Source: an uncultured Candidatus Binatia bacterium
GTDB taxonomy: Bacteria; Desulfobacterota; Binatia; UBA9968; JAJDTQ01
Length of the DNA stretch: 64,000 nucleotides
Direction of reading: 5' to 3'
Assembly: GCA_965215605.1 (NCBI GenBank)
Contig: OZ244070.1
Span: forward strand, 3,008,001-3,072,000
Below the pieces are notes generated by a model, which worked only from the letters and a program-made list of their open reading frames with translations, did no database searches and was not told the DNA's origin. Shown in pieces: positions 19,461 through 31,513 of the stretch. A program made the position numbers and the translations under genes. Position 1 is the first letter of the stretch. Every line of letters starts with the position of its first letter.

Positions 19461-21125
19461 ATGGTGGCAGTCCGGTTCCGTCGCTTTTTCACGATCTTCG
19501 TATTTGCATCCGCACTCCTTTCGGGGGGGGCGCTTGCGCAGACCCGTCTCGACGGTGTGGTGGTCACGGACCACCACGCGGCGGTGAGGGCGGGAATGGA
19601 GATCCTGGAACAGGGCGGCAACGCCGTGGACGCCGCGGTGGCGGCGGCCTTTGCGCTGGCGGTGGTGGATCCGGCCTCGTCCGGCCTCGGCGGCGGCGGT
19701 GTCATGGTGGTCTACCAGTCCAGGGAGAAGAAGGCCCACGCGCTGGACTTCACCACGGTTTCGCCGGCGGTGGCCCCGGCGCTCTACCGAAGTGGAGCCG
19801 ACGTCCGCGTGAATCCGCCGGAGAGCGGCGCCCTGGCCGTGGCCGTTCCCGGAACGGTGGCCGGGCTCGCCGAGGGCTTGAAGAGGTTTGGCCGTCTGCC
19901 GTTGGAAACGGTGCTGGCGCCGGCCATTCGCTACGCCACGGAGGGGTCGCGGGTAACCCCCAGCCTTCGCCGTGCCATTGAGGACAATCTGCCCGCGCTG
20001 CGCCAACGGCCCAATTTCTCGCGCATCTTTCTCGATGCCGCCGGAGCGCCCCACGAGGTGGGAGGCCTCATCCGCCAACCGGAACTGGCGGAGACCCTCA
20101 GGACCATCGCCAGGGAGGGCGCGCCCGCTTTCTACGAGGGCGCCATCGCCCGGTCCATCGCGGCCCGGATCAAGAAGGACGGCGGCGCCGTGACGCTGGA
20201 GGACCTCAACAGCTACAGACCCGTGTGGCGTTCGCCCGTCATCGGCAAATACCGGGGCAGGACCGTGATCACGGCGCCGGCCCCGAGCGCGGGCGGGTTG
20301 GCGCTGGTGGGACTCCTGAACGCCATGGAGGGCTACGGCCCGGACCAGTTCCGCCACAACTCCGGGGCCTACCTGCACTTGGTGGCGGAGACCACCAAGG
20401 CGGGCACGGCCGACCTGCTGGAGTTGCTGGGAGACCCGGACTCCAACGAGGTTCCGGTTCAACGCATCACCTCCAGTGAGCGAGCCGCGGCAGTCCGCAA
20501 GCGGGTGTCCCTGGAGCAGGCCGCGCGCGGGCCCGTGGCCTCGCCGATGTACCGGTCGACAGATGACGACGGCACCAACCACATCGACGTGCTGGACGGC
20601 GACGGCAACGCGGTGTCCATGAGCGTTGCCCTCGGCAGCTCCTTCGGCGCCAAGGTGCTGGTACGGGAGACCGGCACCGTTCTCAACAACCAGATGCGGA
20701 ACTTTTCGCCCGGAGGCGGGTCTGACGAGGCGGAGAGCGCGCCCAACATGCTCAAGCCGCGGAAGCGTCCGGTGAACGGGATGACCCCGGCCATCCTGCT
20801 CGAGGACGATAGGCCGGTGCTGATCGTCGGCGCTTCCGGCGGCGCGCGGATCACCGGCGCGGTGCTTCAGACCATCCTCAACGTGCTGGACTTCCGCATG
20901 CCAGTGACCACGGCCTTGGCGGCGGCGCGAATTCATGTGCCCGCGGGCGAGCGGCAAACGGTGGAGGTGGAGACTGCCGTGAGCGAGGAGGCCGTAAAGG
21001 CTTTGGAGGACAAGGGGCACACGGTCCGCAGGACATCCCGGTTGGGAGCGGTTCAAGCCATCCGGGTCGAGGGGAAACGCATCACCGGGGCCTCCGACCC
21101 GCGCCAGACGGACCTGGCACGCTGA
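19461..21125 (+). CDS. Gamma-glutamyltransferase-family Ntn hydrolase, secreted, with a divergent active site
   Basis: Signal peptide, GGNAVDAAVA, SSGLGGGG, AVPGTVAGL, GTNHIDV.D.DGNAVS, GASGG and GASDPR. Confidence 0.85.
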   Translation: MVAVRFRRFFTIFVFASALLSGGALAQTRLDGVVVTDHHAAVRAGMEILEQGGNAVDAAVAAAFALAVVDPASSGLGGGGVMVVYQSREKKAHALDFTTVSPAVAPALYRSGADVRVNPPESGALAVAVPGTVAGLAEGLKRFGRLPLETVLAPAIRYATEGSRVTPSLRRAIEDNLPALRQRPNFSRIFLDAAGAPHEVGGLIRQPELAETLRTIAREGAPAFYEGAIARSIAARIKKDGGAVTLEDLNSYRPVWRSPVIGKYRGRTVITAPAPSAGGLALVGLLNAMEGYGPDQFRHNSGAYLHLVAETTKAGTADLLELLGDPDSNEVPVQRITSSERAAAVRKRVSLEQAARGPVASPMYRSTDDDGTNHIDVLDGDGNAVSMSVALGSSFGAKVLVRETGTVLNNQMRNFSPGGGSDEAESAPNMLKPRKRPVNGMTPAILLEDDRPVLIVGASGGARITGAVLQTILNVLDFRMPVTTALAAARIHVPAGERQTVEVETAVSEEAVKALEDKGHTVRRTSRLGAVQAIRVEGKRITGASDPRQTDLAR

Positions 21126-21141
21126 CGGAGACTCGCGCCGG

Positions 21142-24037
<2,896 letters not shown>

Positions 24038-24132
24038 GTTGCCGTCACTCCTGGTCTGTTCCGCCACCATGGGCGTCTTGGTCAGGCTCCAATAAAGGGG
24101 CGCCTCGTCCACACGCTCTCCCGGTTCTTCCA

Positions 24133-25278
24133 TCAATCGAGGGCCTCCATGAGGATCTCCTGGGCCGCGGCCACACCCTTGCCGAGGGTGACCGGAAGAT
24201 CGAACTTGCGAAACGCCATTTCCAGCGCGCTGATGGCCACGATCACGTCGAAGGCGCCCATGTGGCCCACGTGGGCGATGCGGATGACTTTGCCTTGAAG
24301 ATGGTCCTGTCCTTCCGCCAGGGTGATGCCCATGCGCACCCGCAGAAATTCGAGCAGCGCGTCGCCGTCGGAGCCGTCAGGCACATAGAAACCGGTGGCC
24401 GCGGGACTGGGAGTACCCGGGGACAGAAGCTTGAGTCCCAGGGCGGTGGCCGCCGCGCGGGTGGCCCGGGCCATGCGGTCGTGCCGCGCGTAGACCCGTT
24501 CCAGGCCCTCGTCGCGCATGAGCTTCAGGGCGGCGCACAGCCCGAACACCAGCGACACCGCCGGCGTGTAAGCGGTGGAGCCCTTGGCCTGGCCCTTGCG
24601 CTCGCTCTCCAGGTCGAAGTAGAAGCGCGGCGAAGCGCTCTCCCGGGTGCGCTGCCACGCGCGGTCGCTCAAGCCGATGAAGGCCAGGCCCGGCGGCAGC
24701 ATCATCGCCTTCTGGGAGCCCGTCACCAGGACGTCGATGCCCCACTCGTCCATGGGCACGGACAGCACGCCCACCGCGGTCACGCCGTCCACCAGCAGGA
24801 GCGGCCCGTTGTCGCGCGTGAGGGCCGCGATTTCGCGCACTGGATGGAGGGTCGTGGTGGATGTCTCGCTGGCCTGGATCAGCACGCCCCTGGTGTCTGG
24901 ATTGGCCCGGAGCGCCTGTTCCACGGCGCTCACCTCCACGGCCTTGCCCCACTCCACCGGGATCTCCGCCACGTCGAGCCCGTAGGCGCGGCAGATGCGC
25001 AGCCAGCGCTCGCCGAACTTGCCGCCGTTGACCACCACGACCTTGTCGCCGCGTGAGAACAGGTTGGCCACCGCCGCCTCCATGGCGCCGGTGCCGGACG
25101 AGGCGAAAAGGATCACGTCGTTGGCGGTGCCGAACAGAGGCTTGAGCCCTTGGCGAGCCTCTTCCAGGACCGCCGCGAACTCCGGCGTCCGATGGTGGAT
25201 CATGGTCCGGGCCATGGCCAGTTGCACTTCGTTGGGAATGGGCGTCGGCCCGGGCGACAGCAGGTATTGCTTGATCAT
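24133..25278 (-). CDS. Class V PLP aminotransferase (serine/alanine-glyoxylate type; probable phosphoserine aminotransferase role)
   Basis: LLSPGPTP, HHRT, SSGTGAMEA, ETST, VDGVT and GSQK (PLP Lys). Directly upstream of serA. Confidence 0.9.
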   Translation of the reverse strand: MIKQYLLSPGPTPIPNEVQLAMARTMIHHRTPEFAAVLEEARQGLKPLFGTANDVILFASSGTGAMEAAVANLFSRGDKVVVVNGGKFGERWLRICRAYGLDVAEIPVEWGKAVEVSAVEQALRANPDTRGVLIQASETSTTTLHPVREIAALTRDNGPLLLVDGVTAVGVLSVPMDEWGIDVLVTGSQKAMMLPPGLAFIGLSDRAWQRTRESASPRFYFDLESERKGQAKGSTAYTPAVSLVFGLCAALKLMRDEGLERVYARHDRMARATRAAATALGLKLLSPGTPSPAATGFYVPDGSDGDALLEFLRVRMGITLAEGQDHLQGKVIRIAHVGHMGAFDVIVAISALEMAFRKFDLPVTLGKGVAAAQEILMEALD

Positions 25279-25435
25279 GGCGTCACATCCGATGTGTGAA
25301 GTTGTCTGAATGGCGCAAAATCGGCTGGATCGAAGTTGACTGGATCGAAACAGGCTGGATGAATCGTGTCGAAGGACTGTCTCGATGTTCGTTCCGATGT
25401 TGCTTTCGGCGGGACATGGGCAAGACGGAATTTGC

Positions 25436-25476
25436 GCACAAAAAAGCCTGAACCTCCCTCGCATAGAGACCCAGGC
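25436..25476 (-). terminator. Intrinsic terminator (riboswitch expression platform)
   Basis: Minus strand GCCUGGGUCUCU...GGAGGUUCAGGC followed by UUUUUUG. The 5' arm overlaps aptamer L3/P3. Confidence 0.8.
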
Positions 25477-25562
25477 GTTCGGCCGTCCAGCAGTCAGGCG
25501 CGGCCAAGGCCGCGCTTGCACTCCCTCGTGGTAAGCTCCACATACACGCCAGTTGTGCGACG
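25468..25562 (-). ncRNA. ZMP/ZTP (pfl) riboswitch aptamer
   Basis: Minus strand GCAC-AACUGGCGU...GUGG agcuua CCAC-GAGGGA-GUGC, then a linker hairpin, then GCCGAACGCCUGGGU. Pseudoknot GGCGU/ACGCC. Upstream of serine/purine genes. Confidence 0.88.
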
Positions 25563-25565
25563 TTC

Positions 25566-25594
25566 TTCGTAGCCCGGCAGGGCGGCTTTGTCAA
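25566..25594 (-). promoter_or_regulatory. Sigma70-like promoter for the riboswitch leader
   Basis: TTGACA-17 nt-TACGAA, ending just before the aptamer 5' end. Confidence 0.6.
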
Positions 25595-25670
25595 TCAGAC
25601 GGTGGCCATCGGGCGCCGCGCGACGGTCTCTTTCCATGTCCGCCGCGAGCGTATAAGTTTCCAATCCGTC

Positions 25671-26381
25671 ATGGCCAACGAACCCAAGATCATCTTCTTC
25701 GACATCGACGGTACCCTGGTGCGGTCCCGGAACGGGCACCTTGCCTTCAACGACGCCATTTTCAAGACCTTCGGCGTCCCAGGCGATATCCGTACCATTC
25801 GCCCGGACGGCAAGACCGATCCGATAATCCTGCAGGAGATCTTCGACGCTGGCGGCCACAAGGTGAAATGGCGTCCGGCCGACGCAGCCCGCTTCAGCCA
25901 GAGCCTGCAGGAATGCTACACCCGCGCCATCTCCGGAGGCTCGACGGTGATGTATGCGTTGCCCGGCGTCTTGGAGTTGGTGGGGGCGCTGAGCCGCCGG
26001 AGGGACCTCTGCCTCGGCGTCGTTACCGGCAACATGGAAGTTACCGCCCGCCTGAAGCTCCAGGCCGCCGGCGTCGGCGAGCACATCGGCCTTGGCGCCT
26101 TTGCCAGCGACTCCGCCAACCGCAACGACCTGCCGCGCATCGCCATGGAGCGATGGCGCGCGCATCTGAACCTCCCCGTGGAGCCGCGCCACTGCGTTAT
26201 CGTCGGCGACACTCCCCGGGACCTCGAAGCCGCCCGAACCAACGGCATGAAATGCCTCCTCGTGGCCACGGGCCGCTACCACCCCATGGAAGAGCTCCGC
26301 CACATCGAGCCCGACGAACTGCTGCCCGACTTCTCGGACACGCGGGCGGCGGTGGATGCGTTGATGGGGTTGTTCGGGTAG
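25671..26381 (+). CDS. HAD-family hydrolase (phosphoglycolate phosphatase-like)
   Basis: FDIDGTL, GKTD, VTGN and VGDTPRD. Confidence 0.9.
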   Translation: MANEPKIIFFDIDGTLVRSRNGHLAFNDAIFKTFGVPGDIRTIRPDGKTDPIILQEIFDAGGHKVKWRPADAARFSQSLQECYTRAISGGSTVMYALPGVLELVGALSRRRDLCLGVVTGNMEVTARLKLQAAGVGEHIGLGAFASDSANRNDLPRIAMERWRAHLNLPVEPRHCVIVGDTPRDLEAARTNGMKCLLVATGRYHPMEELRHIEPDELLPDFSDTRAAVDALMGLFG

Positions 26382-26410
26382 GGGAGGGGAGGAATTGCAG
26401 CGAGCTTAGG

Positions 26411-26462
26411 AAGTTTAGTAAGTTTATCGATTCTTTATAAACTAGGCTAAACTTGCTATAAG
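26411..26462 (+). promoter_or_regulatory. AT-rich imperfect inverted repeat abutting an extended -10 promoter
   Basis: AAGTTTAGTAAGTTTAT (26411-26427) and ATAAACTAGGCTAAACTT (26437-26454). TGcTATAAG lies just upstream of the GTG start. Confidence 0.6.
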
Positions 26463-26471
26463 TCTTCTTCA

Positions 26472-27659
26472 GTGGACCCGATACGTAACCCTTATGCCCC
26501 AGGGGCAGGCACGCAACCGCCTGAGTTGGCCGGTCGCGACGAAGTTCGGGAGTCGGCAAGAATCGCGCTGCAGCGCACCCGAAGGGGACGCCCGACCAAG
26601 AGCATCATCATGGTGGGCCTCCGTGGTGTCGGCAAGACCGTGCTGCTGGATGTTATACGGGAGCAGGCCGAGTCCAGCGGAATCTGCGCGCTTCGAATGG
26701 AAGCGCCTGAAAATCGGTCTCTTCCCTCGATTCTTGCCCCTCAACTGCGTGTGGCACTGCTACGGCTCTCGAACAAGGAGACAGCGAAGCACCTTGCGCA
26801 AAGGGCTCTGCGAGGGCTTGCGGGATTCGTGCGAGCATTGAAAGTGAAGTATCAGGACATTGAGGTCGGACTGGACGTCGACCCCGAGCCCGGGCTGGCG
26901 GACAACGGAGACCTGGAAAGCGATCTGCAGGACTTGTTCGAGGTTGTCGGCTCCGTGGCCAAGGCGGACGGGAACTGTTTGGCTCTTTTTGTCGACGAGC
27001 TTCAATACGTGAAAGAGGACCAGTTGGCGGCATTGATCACCGCATTGCACCGCACATCTCAGCGACGGCTCCCCGTTGTGATGCTTGGCGCTGGACTCCC
27101 GCAGGTGCGGGGGCACATGGGAAAGGCGAAGTCATACGCCGAACGGCTCTTCGAGTTTCCCGAAATCGGACCGCTGTCACGTGAAGATGCCAAGGTCGCC
27201 ATCGCCAAGCCGGCGAAGGACGAAGGGGTTGAAATAGAACCGGCCGCTCTCGACGCGGTCGTTGATCGAACGGAATGCTACCCGTATTTCTTGCAGGAGT
27301 GGGGAAAACACCTGTGGAATGTGGCGGAGCAGTCCCCTGTCACGTTTTCCAGTGTCGAGATCGCCTCCCGGCAAGCCATTGCCGCCCTCGACGAGAGCTT
27401 CTTTCTGGTGAGGTTTGAAAGGTTGACGCCGACGGAGAAGGAATATCTGCGCGCCATGGCACAACTTGGTCCCGGATCGCATCGCTCCGGCGACATCGCC
27501 AACACATTGGGCCGGCCGGTTACTTCCTTGGCGCCCATCCGGAGCCAACTGATCAACAAGGGCGTGATCTGGAGTCCAAGCTACGGAGACACGGCCTTCA
27601 CGGTGCCCATGCTTGACGAATTCATGCGGCGCATCATGCCTGGCGAACCGTGGCGTTAG
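26472..27659 (+). CDS. AAA_16-like P-loop ATPase with probable C-terminal winged helix
   Basis: NPYAPG, LAGRD, GLRGVGKT (Walker A), FVDELQ (Walker B), YPYFLQ, and C-terminal LINKG.IW...YG...FTVP. Confidence 0.85.
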   Translation: MDPIRNPYAPGAGTQPPELAGRDEVRESARIALQRTRRGRPTKSIIMVGLRGVGKTVLLDVIREQAESSGICALRMEAPENRSLPSILAPQLRVALLRLSNKETAKHLAQRALRGLAGFVRALKVKYQDIEVGLDVDPEPGLADNGDLESDLQDLFEVVGSVAKADGNCLALFVDELQYVKEDQLAALITALHRTSQRRLPVVMLGAGLPQVRGHMGKAKSYAERLFEFPEIGPLSREDAKVAIAKPAKDEGVEIEPAALDAVVDRTECYPYFLQEWGKHLWNVAEQSPVTFSSVEIASRQAIAALDESFFLVRFERLTPTEKEYLRAMAQLGPGSHRSGDIANTLGRPVTSLAPIRSQLINKGVIWSPSYGDTAFTVPMLDEFMRRIMPGEPWR

Positions 27660-27794
27660 TCCCGAAATCACTTGCGGCCATTCAAGGACGTGCGCAAGGG
27701 GAGAATACGTGCGAGAAAGGGAAGCCCCATGGCAAAAAAAGAGAGTCCGGATTCCAAAAAGGGTAAGTGACGTACGACGCAAGGGTGAAGTGTC

Positions 27795-30700
27795 ATGTCC
27801 AATCCATTCTTCGAGCAGCCCGTCCTGAACTCGCCGTACGAGTACCCGAATCGCCATTGGGAACTGGACGACACCGGGCAACCGACCCAGAAGATCATCG
27901 ACCGCCGGAGGCCGGCGCAGTTCATCACGCCCATCCCGACGCCGAAGAAACGCCGCGGCTCTTCCGCCGATCAGGGCGCGATGCGTTTCGGCGACGGCAA
28001 CGACATTTCCACGGAGAACCAGCAGTACGAGCTCACCGCCATCATCAACAGCGTGCGCCAGCAGGTCGAGCGTTGGCGCAGCATACCGAACCCGCATCAG
28101 TGGCAGGTAACCCCTGAAACGGCCCGGCTACTTCAACACTGGCGCCATCACCGCTTCAGCGGCATTCGTCCCTTTTTCTGCCAGGTCGAGGCGGCGGAGA
28201 CGGTCATCTGGCTGACCGAGGTCGCTCCTCGGGCCGGTCGTACGGGCAGGCGGTTTCTCGACCACTTGGCAGACGCCAATCAAGAGGCCAATCCCGAGTT
28301 GCAGCGGTTGGCGCTCAAGCTGGCCACCGGCGCGGGCAAGACCACGGTGATGGCGATGCTTATCGCTTGGCAGACCGTCAACGCGGTGCGACACCCGCAG
28401 AGCCGCCGGTTCACGCGCGGTTTTCTGGTCGTGACGCCCGGCATCACCATCAAGGACCGCTTGAGGGTGCTCCAGCCCAACGATCCCGACAGCTACTATC
28501 AGAGCCGCGAACTGGTCCCGAACGACATGCTGCCGGACCTCCAGAAGGCGCGGATCGTCATCACCAACTACCACGCCTTCAAGCTGCGCGACCGCATGGC
28601 TCTTTCTAAAGGCGGCCGCTTGCTGCTCCAGGGCCGTGGTGAGGCGCTCGCCACCCTGGAGACCGATGGGCAGATGCTTCAGCGGGTCATGCCCGAGCTC
28701 ATGGGCATCAAGAACGTACTGGTGCTGAACGACGAGGCGCACCACTGCTACCGCGAGAAGCCGGAAAAGGACGAAGAAGGCGCGCTCAAGGGGGACGACA
28801 AGAAGGAGGCGGACAAGAACACCGAGGCCGCCCGGTTGTGGATATCGGGGCTCGAAGCGGTGGTGCGAAAGCTTGGCGTCAACCGGGTGTTGGATCTCTC
28901 GGCCACGCCGTTCTTTCTTCGAGGTTCAGGGTACGCCGAGGGGACGTTGTTTCCTTGGACCATGAACGACTTCTCCCTCATGGACGCCATCGAATGCGGC
29001 ATCGTCAAGCTTCCACGGGTGCCGGTGGCTGACAACCTCCCCGGCGATGAAATGCCCAAGTTCCGCAACCTTTGGGAGAACATCCGTAGCGAAATGCCGA
29101 AGAAGGGGAGGGGCAAAGGCGACACCCTCGACCCGCTGAATCTGCCGATCCTCCTCATGACCGCGTTGGAGGCACTGTACGGACACTACAAGAAGACCTA
29201 CGAAGCCATGGCAAGCGCGGGTATCGAAGTGCCGCCATGCTTCATCGTGGTGTGCAATAACACCTCCACCTCCAAGCTCGTCTACGACTACATCTCGGGG
29301 TTTCACCGTGAGAACCCCGATGGTTCAACCACGCTACAGAACGGGTGCCTGGAGTTGTTCCGCAACTTTGACGAGCACGGCAACCGTTACCCGCGACCCC
29401 GTACTCTGTTGATCGACAGTGAGCAACTGGAGTCGGGCGACACCCTGGACAAGGACTTCCGCAAGATGGCCGCCGAAGAGATCGAGCGTTTCCGGCGGGA
29501 GATCACGGAGCGCACCGGAGATCGCCAGAAGGCAGAGAACATCAGTGATCAGGACCTTCTTCGGGAGGTGATGAACACCGTCGGCAAGCCGGGACGCTTG
29601 GGGGATTCGATTCGCTGCGTGGTGTCCGTGTCCATGCTGACCGAGGGCTGGGACGCGAACACGGTGAGCCACGTGCTTGGCGTGCGGGCATTCGGGACCC
29701 AGTTGCTGTGCGAACAGGTCGTTGGGCGGGCGTTGCGCCGCCAGTCGTACGATCTCAATGACGACGATCTGTTCGACGTTGAATACGCCGATGTGCTGGG
29801 CATACCTTTCGACTTTACCGCAAGGCCCGTGGTGGTCCCGACCAAGCCACCGCGAGAGACGGTTCAGGTCAACGCCGTGCGGCCCGAACGCGATGCGCTC
29901 GAAATCCGCTTTCCCCGCGTCGCCGGGTACCGCGTGGAGTTGCCCGAGGAGAGGCTGACCGCCGACTTCAACGAAGACTCCGTGCTGGATCTGACGCCGG
30001 CCCTCGTGGGACCTTCCATCACGCGGAACCAAGGCATTATCGGCGAGGCCGTCGACCTCAATCTGGTTCATACGGGAGATATGCGGCCGTCGACACTGCT
30101 TTTTCACCTGACACAACGGCTTCTCTACACCAAGTGGCGTGATCCGGGTGAAGAGCCCAAGCTCCATCTCTTCGGACAACTCAAACGTCTGACCAAGCAG
30201 TGGCTTGACCGCTGTCTTGTCTGCAATGGCAACACCTACCCCGCCCAGCTCATGTACCAGGAGCTGGCCGATATGGCGTGCGAACGCATCACCGCCGCCA
30301 TCACCCGCGCCGAGATGGACAGTAGCCGACCCGTAAAGGCGGTGCTGGACCCCTACAACCCCGTGGGTTCCACAGCCCACGTGAACTTCACCACCACCAA
30401 GACAAGCCGTTGGAACACGGACGCCAATCGCTGCCACATCAACTGGGTGGTCCTGGACAGCGACTGGGAGGCCGAATTTTGCCGTGTGGCTGAATCCCAC
30501 CCGCGGGTAAGGGCATACGTCAAGAACCATAGTCTCGGTTTCGAGGTTCCTTACCGCTACGCGTCCGAAGCGCGGACCTACATCCCGGATTTCATTGTTC
30601 TCGTAGACGACGGTCACGGGGACGACGATCTCCTGCGCCTCGTCGTCGAGATCAAGGGCTATCGCGGGGAGGATGCCAAGGAGAAGAAGGCCACCATGGA

Positions 30701-30872
30701 TACCTACTGGGTGCCGGGAGTCAACCGTCACGGCTCCTTTGGCCGCTGGGCGTTCGCCGAGTTTACCGAGGTGTACGAAATTCAGGGAGACTTCGAGGCG
30801 AGAGTAGAGGAAGCGTTCAACGACGTGATCAAACAATGTCTTCCGGAGGCGGCAGTCGAAGTTGCGCAGTGA
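27795..30872 (+). CDS. res: Type III-like restriction enzyme Res subunit (SF2 ATPase + PD-(D/E)xK)
   Basis: KLATGAGKT, DEAHH, SATP, MLTEGWD, QVVGRALR and C-terminal YIPDF...VEIKG. Confidence 0.9.
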   Translation: MSNPFFEQPVLNSPYEYPNRHWELDDTGQPTQKIIDRRRPAQFITPIPTPKKRRGSSADQGAMRFGDGNDISTENQQYELTAIINSVRQQVERWRSIPNPHQWQVTPETARLLQHWRHHRFSGIRPFFCQVEAAETVIWLTEVAPRAGRTGRRFLDHLADANQEANPELQRLALKLATGAGKTTVMAMLIAWQTVNAVRHPQSRRFTRGFLVVTPGITIKDRLRVLQPNDPDSYYQSRELVPNDMLPDLQKARIVITNYHAFKLRDRMALSKGGRLLLQGRGEALATLETDGQMLQRVMPELMGIKNVLVLNDEAHHCYREKPEKDEEGALKGDDKKEADKNTEAARLWISGLEAVVRKLGVNRVLDLSATPFFLRGSGYAEGTLFPWTMNDFSLMDAIECGIVKLPRVPVADNLPGDEMPKFRNLWENIRSEMPKKGRGKGDTLDPLNLPILLMTALEALYGHYKKTYEAMASAGIEVPPCFIVVCNNTSTSKLVYDYISGFHRENPDGSTTLQNGCLELFRNFDEHGNRYPRPRTLLIDSEQLESGDTLDKDFRKMAAEEIERFRREITERTGDRQKAENISDQDLLREVMNTVGKPGRLGDSIRCVVSVSMLTEGWDANTVSHVLGVRAFGTQLLCEQVVGRALRRQSYDLNDDDLFDVEYADVLGIPFDFTARPVVVPTKPPRETVQVNAVRPERDALEIRFPRVAGYRVELPEERLTADFNEDSVLDLTPALVGPSITRNQGIIGEAVDLNLVHTGDMRPSTLLFHLTQRLLYTKWRDPGEEPKLHLFGQLKRLTKQWLDRCLVCNGNTYPAQLMYQELADMACERITAAITRAEMDSSRPVKAVLDPYNPVGSTAHVNFTTTKTSRWNTDANRCHINWVVLDSDWEAEFCRVAESHPRVRAYVKNHSLGFEVPYRYASEARTYIPDFIVLVDDGHGDDDLLRLVVEIKGYRGEDAKEKKATMDTYWVPGVNRHGSFGRWAFAEFTEVYEIQGDFEARVEEAFNDVIKQCLPEAAVEVAQ

Positions 30873-31066
30873 CTCGCCGCGACGGTTGACCGTGACACAA
30901 CCGTGGCGTCGATGGCGCACAGGAATCCTTTGGGCAATTGGCCGAGGCGCTGGCCGAGATAATCGAGTATAATCCACGGGATGCATCGGAACCCGAGGGC
31001 GACAACAGACGCAACGAGAAGATCGTCTTGCAGTGACGGACGAGAACATCGACCAACGAGGACGCC

Positions 31067-31270
31067 ATGAAGCTGAAAGTCGTGATCCATCAAGCTGACG
31101 AAGGCGGTTATTGGGCGGAAGTGCCTTCCATCCCCGGCTGTGCGACGCAGGGGGATTCATTCGAAGAGTTGTTGACGAATCTCTACGAAGCCGTCGAAGG
31201 TTGTCTGTCCGTCGACGTTCGTGATCTGCCCGTCTCGGGGAAGGCAAGGGTGATCGAGATTGCGATATGA
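31067..31270 (+). CDS. hicB: HicB-family antitoxin (short form)
   Basis: [26 protein letters not shown]. Upstream TATAAT at 30968. Confidence 0.9.
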   Translation: MKLKVVIHQADEGGYWAEVPSIPGCATQGDSFEELLTNLYEAVEGCLSVDVRDLPVSGKARVIEIAI

Positions 31271-31473
31271 GGGCGGTCAGCGGCAGGCAGTTCTCCAGGC
31301 TTCTTGAATCCAAGGGATGGCGGTTGAAGCGCATAAACGGGAGCCATTTCATCTATGTGAAGTCAGGATCTGCCGTTCGCCTCTCAGTACCGGTCCACGG
31401 AGACACATCGCTGAAAGCCGGGCTCCAGAGACACCTGATGAAGTTGGCAGGCATCCACGAGTCGGATCTGTAA
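31267..31473 (+). CDS. hicA: HicA-family mRNA interferase toxin
   Basis: LESKGW...RINGSH, SVPVHG and LKAGL. ATGA overlap with hicB. Confidence 0.9.
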   Translation: MRAVSGRQFSRLLESKGWRLKRINGSHFIYVKSGSAVRLSVPVHGDTSLKAGLQRHLMKLAGIHESDL

Positions 31474-31513
31474 CCAGACAACCCCGACGTTACAGGCGAG
31501 CAAGGTCGCAAAT

